A stretch of 16,872 bases of DNA from Candidatus Iainarchaeum sp. (lineage in GTDB: Archaea; Iainarchaeota; Iainarchaeia; Iainarchaeales; JAZDFD01), in assembly GCA_043808155.1 (NCBI GenBank), contig JAZDFD010000009.1:1-16872 (forward strand), given 5' to 3'. Position numbers and translations under genes: made by a program. The notes beneath the pieces are model-generated. The model had not been told where the DNA came from. It saw nothing but the letters and a program-made list of their open reading frames with translations, and did no database searches. This document shows positions 8,819 through 15,508 of the stretch, in pieces (within the stretch, counting starts at the first letter, position 1; the number at the start of each line of letters is the position of its first letter).

Positions 8819-9709
8819 ATGATGTCTAAATTAACAATTCCGTTTTCACCTTTACCATATCCTGTAATTGAAAAACTAAGCAATCCCTTTCTTGGTTTAG
8901 GTGCGGGACTTTCCAAAGCCCTGCCTTATTTGGAAATGGAATTAATTCAGGCGAAATTTGATGTTGATCCTAAGAGATACGCATCTGTAATGATTTTTTT
9001 AGGTATTGTGTACTTTATTTTCTTTTTTGGTTTCATTGCCTTAGTTTTAAGCAGATTTACTGAATTGTATTTGCTTTTAGCATTTACAATTAGTGCAGTT
9101 TTGTCATTCATGATTTTTATGCAGATTTCATTGTATCCCAAGATGGTTGTAAAAAAGAAAATACGTGATCTTGAAAGGAATTTGATTTTTGCTCTGCGTA
9201 CAATGTTAATTCAGATAAAAAGCGGAGTAAGTCTTTTTGATTCAATGACCACAATTGCTAATGGGGATTATGGTGCATTATCTGCAGAATTCAAAGGTGC
9301 AATTGATGAAATAAACACAGGCACTATAGAAGAGTTTGCTCTTCAGAAATTAGCCACTAACAATCCCTCACTTTATTTCAGAAAAGCAATATGGCAGATT
9401 GTAAATGGTATGAAAGCAGGTGCAGATGTAAGCACTGTCCTTACTGAAAGTGTTGCTACCATGGGCAGGGAGCAGAAAATTGCAATAAACACGTATGGGA
9501 ACCAGCTCAAAGTTTTTTCACTGATTTACATGATGATTGGTGTGATTGTCCCTGCTTTGGGTTTAACTTTTTTGATTGTATTAGGCAGTTTCCCTCAGGT
9601 TGAAATCGGGGAAAACCTTTTTTGGGCATTAATCGGTTTTGTTGGAGTTGCTCAATTCATGTATATTGGAATGATAAAAAGTAAAAGACCAAACATAATG
9701 AGTGCGTGA
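8819..9709 (+). CDS. Type II secretion system F-family (TadB/TadC/ArlJ-like) membrane platform protein
   Basis: Four TM-like segments. NLIFALRTMLIQIKSGVSL...YGALSAEF pattern. Directly follows the ATPase. Confidence 0.9.
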   Translation: MMSKLTIPFSPLPYPVIEKLSNPFLGLGAGLSKALPYLEMELIQAKFDVDPKRYASVMIFLGIVYFIFFFGFIALVLSRFTELYLLLAFTISAVLSFMIFMQISLYPKMVVKKKIRDLERNLIFALRTMLIQIKSGVSLFDSMTTIANGDYGALSAEFKGAIDEINTGTIEEFALQKLATNNPSLYFRKAIWQIVNGMKAGADVSTVLTESVATMGREQKIAINTYGNQLKVFSLIYMMIGVIVPALGLTFLIVLGSFPQVEIGENLFWALIGFVGVAQFMYIGMIKSKRPNIMSA

Positions 9710-10718
9710 TGATGTGATTTACAGACGAATTTCAGCGTTCCTCCCAAAACCATTTTTGGAATGGCTTGCAAGAGAAATTGAATTTTCAGGTGTAAGCATA
9801 GAGGAAAAGAGCTTTGCTGGGTTTTTAGTTCTGTTTTCACTTGCAATAAGTTCATCAACTGCATTAATTGCTTACTCGCTCATGAATCTTTCATTTGCAC
9901 TTGTGATTTTTGTTGCTGCATTGGTTCTTTCAATGGGTGGACTTCTTTTCTGGTTAAATCAGGTTGCAGAAAGTAAAGGTAAATTTGTTGAAAAAATACT
10001 CCCTGATGTATTACAGCTTATTGCCTCAAACATAAAAGCAGGGCTAACAACTGAAAGAAGTCTTTTTGTTTCTGCAAGACCTGAGTTCGGGCCTTTAACA
10101 GTTGAACTTAAGACTGCAAGTAAAAACATTATTGCAGGTGAGAGAATTGAAAGAGCATTGCTCGGAATTCCTAAAAAAATAAAATCAAAAGTTCTTGAAC
10201 GAACATTGTGGTTATTGTCAGAAGGAATAAAGAACGGAGGGCAGATTGCTGATTTGCTTCTTGAATTAGGTAATGATTTACGTGAAGAAAACACAGTAAA
10301 AGCAGAAATCAAATCCAACATATCCATGTATATAATTCTGATTTTTATAGCTGCTGCTTTTGGTGCGCCTATGCTTTTTGGAGTAAGCAGTTTTATTGTT
10401 GGTATTTTAGAGGAACAGATGGGTACTGTTGATTTAGATGCTGAGTCTCTGAAATCAATGCAGAGGGGTTCGCCATTAGGCAATATGATGGGTGTTCCAA
10501 CTGCATCTGTTGGTGAAGACTTTGTTGTTGGTTTTGTCGGAGTGTGTATTGTAATAACTGCGATATTTGCAGGCCTAACCATCGGCGTAATTAACAGCGG
10601 AAAGGAAAAAGACGGAATAAAGTACATACCACTTGTTTTGTTAATTTCATTTGTATTGTTTTATTTAGTCCGTGCAGTTTTAGAAGTTGCATTCGGAAGT
10701 TTGTTCTTGTATCTATAA
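9702..10718 (+). CDS. Type II secretion system F-family (TadC-like) membrane platform protein
   Basis: LPDVLQLIASNIKAGLTTE...FGPLTVEL...GGQIADLL motif and multiple TM segments. Overlaps the preceding paralog. Confidence 0.9.
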   Translation: MRDDVIYRRISAFLPKPFLEWLAREIEFSGVSIEEKSFAGFLVLFSLAISSSTALIAYSLMNLSFALVIFVAALVLSMGGLLFWLNQVAESKGKFVEKILPDVLQLIASNIKAGLTTERSLFVSARPEFGPLTVELKTASKNIIAGERIERALLGIPKKIKSKVLERTLWLLSEGIKNGGQIADLLLELGNDLREENTVKAEIKSNISMYIILIFIAAAFGAPMLFGVSSFIVGILEEQMGTVDLDAESLKSMQRGSPLGNMMGVPTASVGEDFVVGFVGVCIVITAIFAGLTIGVINSGKEKDGIKYIPLVLLISFVLFYLVRAVLEVAFGSLFLYL

Positions 10719-10760
10719 TTAGTAATCAATTTCCACAGTTAAGTCTAATTCTAAATAATA

Positions 10761-10780
10761 AAATAAAGAAAAAGAAAAAA
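10761..10780 (-). terminator. Oligo-T archaeal terminator of the major pilin gene
   Basis: The minus strand reads TTTTTTCTTTTTCTTTATTT, about 20 nt after the stop at 10799. Confidence 0.55.
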
Positions 10781-10798
10781 GTAAGAAACTGCTTAAAT

Positions 10799-11239
10799 TT
10801 AAGCTGCAGTTCCTGTGCATGTTAATGTTGCGTTGTGTGTTATTCCGCCTGTGCCTCTAATGTAAGTTAATGCAACTTCACCGCGGTATGTTGAACCTGT
10901 GCCTACACCTGTTGGTGACTCAATCGTAGTTTCGGCTCCTGAAACAACTGATGCTGGCAATGTTGGTGCTGTGGGTGTTCCCGTAAACCCATTCTGCATA
11001 GTGATTGCAGTTATTGAAATTGTTTGTCCTGCACCATTCTGAACTTTCAGGTCTATTCCTCCTGAAGCATCAACTGCATGGTCTACATAGATGATCTGTG
11101 TGTTGTCTGAAGTACAGTTTGAACCTGCTGTTGTTGTACTCATAATAAATACAAGAACACCAATTACAATTGCAATTACAATCAATGCCCAACCATAGGT
11201 CATCAGGTATTCCAAAGCGGATTGTCCTTTTCTTTCCAT
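10799..11239 (-). CDS. Probable major type IV pilin
   Basis: MERKG/QSALEYLMTYGWALIVIAIVIGVL class III signal, Thr/Gly-rich globular domain with two Cys. Strong GGAGG SD (11246-11250) and its own promoter and terminator. Confidence 0.9.
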   Translation of the reverse strand: MERKGQSALEYLMTYGWALIVIAIVIGVLVFIMSTTTAGSNCTSDNTQIIYVDHAVDASGGIDLKVQNGAGQTISITAITMQNGFTGTPTAPTLPASVVSGAETTIESPTGVGTGSTYRGEVALTYIRGTGGITHNATLTCTGTAA

Positions 11240-11353
11240 ATTATTCCTCCTTTTTAAGTATTTTAGTTATTTAATTTATTTAATAGTATAAATGTTTATG
11301 TGGTTTAAAAAGCTTACCATTCAGGATATATTTCTTTGGTTTTCAAGGGAGAG

Positions 11354-11950
11354 TTATTTTGGCATGAATTTCTTCTTCAGAGCGGATTCAACATTCTTTG
11401 GAACGAAGTTTGAAACATCCCCTTTCAGAGAGCCAACCTCTTTCACTAGTGAAGAACTTAAGAAAAAGTACTCTGCAGAGGTCATAACAAACACGGAATC
11501 TATGTCAGGATTTAATTTTCTGTTTGTAACCGCAGACTGAAATTCAGCTTCAAAATCAGATAATGCACGTAAGCCACGAAGAACAAATTTCACATTTTTT
11601 TTATCCATATAATCTACTAAAAGCCCAGAGAAAGAATCAACTTTGATGTTTTTCATATCTTTAGTTGCTATTTTAATCATTGAGACTCGTTCATTTAGAG
11701 AAAACAGGGTTTTTTTCTCATGGTGTGTTCCAACTGCAATAATAATCTCATCAAACAATTCAGATGCTCTTTCAAGAACATTTATGTGCCCATTAGTTAC
11801 TGGGTCAAAGGAACCTGCGTAAACCGCGATTTTTTTATTATTGGTTTTAGTGCCTGCTTTGGCAGTATTTTTTTTACCGACAAAATTTTTCTTATTGTCT
11901 TTTTTTCCCATACTGGCTTTTTTATTTTGTTTTTTCATGCTAACACTCAT
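11354..11950 (-). CDS. coaD: Pantetheine-phosphate adenylyltransferase, bacterial type
   Basis: IAVYAGSFDPVTNGH, LFSLNERVSMI, FSGLLVDY, LRGLRALSDFEAEFQ and FLSSSLVKEV are the canonical bacterial CoaD motifs. The exact start is uncertain because of a Lys-rich N-terminal extension. Confidence 0.95.
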   Translation of the reverse strand: MSVSMKKQNKKASMGKKDNKKNFVGKKNTAKAGTKTNNKKIAVYAGSFDPVTNGHINVLERASELFDEIIIAVGTHHEKKTLFSLNERVSMIKIATKDMKNIKVDSFSGLLVDYMDKKNVKFVLRGLRALSDFEAEFQSAVTNRKLNPDIDSVFVMTSAEYFFLSSSLVKEVGSLKGDVSNFVPKNVESALKKKFMPK

Positions 11951-12530
11951 TTATTAGTTCTGAGCAAATCTTTTTAATCTGTGTTCTGAGCGTATTTTTG
12001 TTTTTTGAGTTATTGATTACAAAATCTGCTTTTTTTGTTTTTTTTGAAATTCCCATCTGAGAATCTAATCTTTCAAGTATTTCTTTTTCTGAAAAGCCTT
12101 TTTTCAGGAGTCTTTCAACACACATTTTCTTGGACAATTCAACAACCACAATTTTATTGAATTTTTTTTCAAGCTTCGCTTCAAATAAAAGAGGCACTTC
12201 AACAAAAACAATCTTTTTTTTCTTTTTTTTAAGTTTTGTCATTCTTTGTTCAAGTTTTTTTATCTGAAGATTCATTTCCTTAAGCGCAGGCGCATGTAAA
12301 ATTAGTTCGAGTTTTCTTTTTTTTACAGGACTGGAAAAAATAACTTCTGAAAGCTTTTGTTTGTTCACAGTGCCAAAACCCTTCAATATTTTCTCTTTGA
12401 TTTTGTTATCCCTGTACAGTTTGGATACTATTCTGTCAAGATTTATTACTGGAAAACCTTCGTCTTTGAAATATTCCAAAGCAGTGCTTTTCCCGCTGCC
12501 AAAACACCCGGTAACCCCTACTTTAAGCAT
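11940..12530 (-). CDS. coaE: Dephospho-CoA kinase, bacterial/eukaryotic ATP-dependent type
   Basis: MLKVGVTGCFGSGKST (P-loop), LELILH, VEVPLLFE, RLDSQM and ADFVINNS motifs. Likely start ATG 12530; the ORF-track start 12593 would overlap the divergent gene. Confidence 0.92.
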   Translation of the reverse strand: MLKVGVTGCFGSGKSTALEYFKDEGFPVINLDRIVSKLYRDNKIKEKILKGFGTVNKQKLSEVIFSSPVKKRKLELILHAPALKEMNLQIKKLEQRMTKLKKKKKKIVFVEVPLLFEAKLEKKFNKIVVVELSKKMCVERLLKKGFSEKEILERLDSQMGISKKTKKADFVINNSKNKNTLRTQIKKICSELINEC

Positions 12531-12551
12531 AATTGAATAACCCTGCTTTTG

Positions 12552-12559
12552 TTTAAATA
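12552..12559. promoter_or_regulatory. Single palindromic TATA element (TTTAAA) between divergent genes
   Basis: TTTAAATA lies 23-30 nt upstream of ATG 12582 (+). The same TTTAAA lies 22-27 nt upstream of the coaE ATG 12530 (-). Confidence 0.5.
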
Positions 12560-12581
12560 ATCTTCTTTTCATAGTGTTTTT

Positions 12582-12884
12582 ATGAAATCTCATAATTTCA
12601 TTAAATTATTTTTAATTGTAATAATCCTGATGTTTATTATTTCTGCAGGAAGTATTTACGCAACTAAAAATACTGCAGGTTTCATTTCCTTTGCAAATGT
12701 TTCTTTTGTTGAAGGTGTAATTCCTAATGCAAATCCACTTATGTTTGTGTTTTTCCTTATGTTAATTGCTTTTACACTGGTTTCTTTTTTCACATGGGCA
12801 TCAAACCAAAATGTTATCGAAGAAGACGATTATGAGACTATGCATAATGGGGTTGAATTTTATAGGCCCAATAGGGATTTTTAG
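12582..12884 (+). CDS. Small hypothetical membrane protein (two hydrophobic segments, acidic C-terminal tail)
   Basis: 100 aa. Hydrophobic stretches FIKLFLIVIILMFIISAG and PLMFVFFLMLIAFTLVSFF, tail VIEEDDYETM. Correctly spaced TATA upstream. Confidence 0.65.
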   Translation: MKSHNFIKLFLIVIILMFIISAGSIYATKNTAGFISFANVSFVEGVIPNANPLMFVFFLMLIAFTLVSFFTWASNQNVIEEDDYETMHNGVEFYRPNRDF

Positions 12885-12932
12885 TTCGGAATTCTAACAC
12901 CTAAAAAATAACTACTACTTTAGCGTTGGTAT

Positions 12933-13178
12933 ATTCGGTGTGGTGGGGACTTCAAGTTGTTGACCCCTGTGGTTAACATCAGGATTTCTTCGGGAATCTA
13001 ACTTGAATTAACATCACGCCATTTCGCAATTATCTTCGGATTTTTGCGACGCAGACTATCTTCGGATTTTCTGTACGGCTTATATCTTCGGATATTTGCC
13101 ATGTAAGCGGAATGTGCAGTTAAACATAGATTCTTTGGAATTTTTTGTTTATTCTGTACTCCTTCCACTTACACGAGT
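12933..13178 (+). ncRNA. Candidate novel highly structured ncRNA with multiple C(UUCG)G hairpins
   Basis: Helices found by hand: 12937-12945/13012-13020; 12951-12958/13000-13007; 12959-12965/12971-12977; 12982-12988/12993-12999 (UUCG loop); hairpins 13024-13049, 13051-13074 and 13077-13100 (all UUCG loops); long interrupted hairpin 13102-13173 (UUUG loop). About eight G-U pairs versus one A-C mismatch on the + strand. Followed by an oligo-T tract. Confidence 0.75.
13031..13093 (+). repeat. Three exact copies of TATCTTCGGAT at a 26-nt period
   Basis: Copies at 13031-13041, 13057-13067 and 13083-13093, separated by two different 15-nt segments. Confidence 0.95.
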
Positions 13179-13189
13179 TTTTTCATTTT
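13178..13189 (+). terminator. Oligo-T tract ending the structured RNA
   Basis: TTTTTTCATTTT immediately after the last hairpin. A second T tract lies at 13241-13252. Confidence 0.5.
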
Positions 13190-13259
13190 ACAATTATAAT
13201 GATATTTCTAATGTGTTTAATCCCCCCTGCTTTGCTAAGCTTTTTTTGTTTTCAGAGTT

Positions 13260-13269
13260 AAACTTATAA
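13260..13269 (+). promoter_or_regulatory. Putative BRE/TATA promoter of the KaiC-like operon
   Basis: AAAC-TTATAA, with TTATAA 30-35 nt upstream of ATG 13299. Confidence 0.5.
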
Positions 13270-13298
13270 TCTGCTAGCGCCATATATTAACGATTTCA

Positions 13299-14096
13299 AT
13301 GGGTGGAAGGAAAATAGCTAAGGCGCAGGCTAAATTTAATGCACAAGATGAAAAAGAAATGAAGTTGCAGATAAAAGAATTAATTGCATTGGGTTCTGAC
13401 TTCAAGATGCCAAGAATCAAAAGCGGAGTTCAAGGTTTAGACGAACTTATGGAAGGTGGAGTGCCTGAAAGAAGTCTGGTTCTTGTTGCAGGTGACACTG
13501 GAACTGGTAAAAGCACATTAGCAATGAACTTTCTTGTTGAAGGTGCACAAAACAACGAACCTGGTGTTTATGTTACTCTGGAAGAATCTGCGTCTGAACA
13601 TGCATTAAGAATGAAATTATTTGGCTGGCCAATTGAAAATTTAATTGCAGAAAAGAAACTTGCATTTGTACAGCCCGAACTTTATGATTTTGATAAACTA
13701 ATTGTGAATATTGAAGATGCAGTCACAAGAATAGGCGCTAAACGCCTTGTGATTGATAGTATCTCAATTTTAAACATGTATTTTAAGGATCCTTTTAAAG
13801 TGAGACGAAGTCTTCTGACTCTTGAGAAAGCAGTTAAAAATCTGAACTGCACAACTTTTGTAATTGCTGAATTAAGGCAGATTGGCGGTAATATTCAGTT
13901 AACCGGAGTGGAAGAATTTTTAGTTGATGGTATTATACTTCTTCATTATATTAAAAAAGAAAATGTTTATAGTCGTGCAATGGTTATAAGAAAAATGCGG
14001 GCAACAAATCATTCTCTTAAGATTCATCCTATGCAGATTAAACGGCCTGGCGGGGTAATTATCTATCCTGAAGAAGAAGTATTTACTGAACTTTAA
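13299..14096 (+). CDS. Single-domain KaiC/RAD55/GvpD-family RecA-superfamily ATPase
   Basis: IKSGVQGLDELMEGGVPERSLVLVAGDTGTGKST (Walker A), YVTLEE, RLVIDSIS (Walker B), VDGIILL and IRKMRATNH. Confidence 0.92.
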   Translation: MGGRKIAKAQAKFNAQDEKEMKLQIKELIALGSDFKMPRIKSGVQGLDELMEGGVPERSLVLVAGDTGTGKSTLAMNFLVEGAQNNEPGVYVTLEESASEHALRMKLFGWPIENLIAEKKLAFVQPELYDFDKLIVNIEDAVTRIGAKRLVIDSISILNMYFKDPFKVRRSLLTLEKAVKNLNCTTFVIAELRQIGGNIQLTGVEEFLVDGIILLHYIKKENVYSRAMVIRKMRATNHSLKIHPMQIKRPGGVIIYPEEEVFTEL

Positions 14097-14110
14097 TTTG
14101 GTGTTAAATC

Positions 14111-14869
14111 GTGCCTAATAAAATAATTGAACCTACACAAAATGATAATCCTACAGCAACAACATCCAAAAAAGTTGAAGCTAAAAAAGTAAAAACCGGA
14201 GTTCACGGTTTGGATGATATTTTAAATGGCGGGATCCCTGTTGGAAATCTTGTTGTTGTTTCGGGAGAACCTGGTGCAGGAAAAACCATAATGTGTCTGG
14301 AATATCTTTATAGAGGTATTACTGATTTTGATGAACCAGGGGTTTATGTGAGTCTAGAAGAATCACCAGACGATATTGTAAAAACCGCAGCACAATTTGG
14401 TTGGGATATGATGCCGCTTGTGAAAAAAGGAAAACTTGCGATTCTTACAATTGAGCTTTATGATTTTGATAAACTGAGAAATACTATTGAAGATGTAGTT
14501 GAGAAAATCGGTGCAAAACGTCTTGTGATTGACCCTGGTGTTATTTTCAGATTGTTTTTTGAAAAAGAACTTGATGCAAGAAAAAGAATTTTAAGTCTTG
14601 GAAAAATGCTGAAAAAAATCGGATGTACTGCAATAATCACAAATGAAATAAGTCTTGATAAAATGTCATCTCTTTTTGGTTTGGAAGAATATATTGCAGA
14701 TGGTGTAATACTTCTGTATCACACTAAATTAGAAGACAGATTTGTAAGAAGTGCGGGAATTCTGAAAATGCGTGGCACTAAAATAAGCGAAAAATTGCAT
14801 CCTGTGAGAATCGATTCAGATGGACTTAAAATACTTTCAAAGCAAGAACTTTTTCAGGATATAAAGTGA
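14111..14869 (+). CDS. Second single-domain KaiC/RAD55-family ATPase
   Basis: GTG start after GGTG. VKTGVHGLDDILNGGIPVGNLVVVSGEPGAGKT, YVSLEE, RLVIDPG, ADGVILL and LKMRGT. Confidence 0.92.
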   Translation: MPNKIIEPTQNDNPTATTSKKVEAKKVKTGVHGLDDILNGGIPVGNLVVVSGEPGAGKTIMCLEYLYRGITDFDEPGVYVSLEESPDDIVKTAAQFGWDMMPLVKKGKLAILTIELYDFDKLRNTIEDVVEKIGAKRLVIDPGVIFRLFFEKELDARKRILSLGKMLKKIGCTAIITNEISLDKMSSLFGLEEYIADGVILLYHTKLEDRFVRSAGILKMRGTKISEKLHPVRIDSDGLKILSKQELFQDIK

Positions 14870-14873
14870 TATT

Positions 14874-15494
14874 ATGGGGAGTTTCAAACAGCAGAAAGAT
14901 GATGATGAGCTCTATGCACTTCTAAGGCCTGGAAGAGACATATATCTCAAAATTGCAGAGGTTATGAATAATACAAATCATGCATCAGTCATTCTGCTAA
15001 TTGAAAATATGTCTTACCATGCAGATACAAGAATTGAATTATTAAGATATTTGAAAAGTAATGAGTATGAGGGTGTTTATGTCACTCTGAATACGCCCAT
15101 TGCAAATCTAATTGATATTTTTGAAAAATCATCAATAAATATTGAAAATATCTACTTTATTGATGGGATTACAAAAACAACAGAATCTGAAATCATTGAA
15201 AGTGAACACTGCAGATATTTGGAGTCTCCGAGAGATGTTGTTGATTTGAGTTTTTTAATTGACGAATTCTTGAATAAAATTAAGCATCCTAAACGATTTG
15301 TTGTGATTGATTCAATTTCAACGTTAATGGTCTACAATAGCGAACAGGCAATAAAGCAATTCGCGCATTCTGTCACAGGGAAAATAAAATCAAAAAAAGC
15401 CAGTGGAGTAATAATTGCAAGTGATGATACTGATAAGGATGCGTTAAATTCAATTGCACACTTTTGCGATAAAACCCTGAAACTTTCAAACTAA
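14874..15494 (+). CDS. Inactivated KaiC-like ATPase-fold protein (DUF835/FlaH-like)
   Basis: Retains GVYVTLN, YFIDGIT, FVVIDSISTLMVYN and HFCDKTLKL, but the Walker A GxxxxGK is replaced by IENMSYHADT. Confidence 0.75.
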   Translation: MGSFKQQKDDDELYALLRPGRDIYLKIAEVMNNTNHASVILLIENMSYHADTRIELLRYLKSNEYEGVYVTLNTPIANLIDIFEKSSINIENIYFIDGITKTTESEIIESEHCRYLESPRDVVDLSFLIDEFLNKIKHPKRFVVIDSISTLMVYNSEQAIKQFAHSVTGKIKSKKASGVIIASDDTDKDALNSIAHFCDKTLKLSN

Positions 15495-15508
15495 AGTTAA
15501 CCTATTTA

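Noticed and set aside
2564-10627. Alternative-frame and antisense ORFs inside the pilus operon (2564-2983, 3232-3429, 3241-3549, 5520-5816, 6556-6756, 6702-6887, 7400-7582, 8092-8373, 8947-9141, 9652-9864, 9959-10627)
   Set aside because: They are fully nested in well-supported genes, have the composition typical of shadow ORFs and show no recognisable motifs.
818-10718. Archaellum (motility) operon
   Set aside because: There are no archaellin-type N-termini or arlF/arlG/arlH in the operon. Two separate TadB/C-like genes and a vWA adhesin fit an adhesive pilus.
12945-12980. SRP RNA, because GGGG...CCCC-UGU resembles the Alu-domain helix 3 and U-turn
   Set aside because: There is no helix-8 SRP54 motif (CCAGG/GNRA/AGCA), no GNRA-capped helix 6 and no long helix 5. 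It is still worth confirming with cmscan.
13031-13093. Mini-CRISPR array (repeat TATCTTCGGAT with 15-nt spacers)
   Set aside because: The 11-nt repeat and 15-nt spacers are far too short, no cas genes are present, and the 'spacers' base-pair with neighbouring spacers, so they are structural stems.
12998-13102. 34-aa minus-strand ORF MANIRRYKPYRKSEDSLRRKNPKIIAKWRDVNSS
   Set aside because: It has no SD or well-placed TATA. The 26-nt repeats fall in three different frames, so the pattern is not protein-driven, and the G-U bias points to the + strand.
13075-13117. RNase P RNA, because CGGCUUAU and GCGGAAUGUGC resemble CR-V and CR-I
   Set aside because: The motifs are in the wrong order, cannot form the P4 helix, lack the ACAGAA part of CR-V, and are each buried in local hairpins.
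13299-14869. Circadian clock KaiC or RadA/RadB recombinase
   Set aside because: The proteins are single-domain, lack the Ser/Thr phosphosite motif and kaiA/kaiB, and lack the RadA N-terminal HhH domain.
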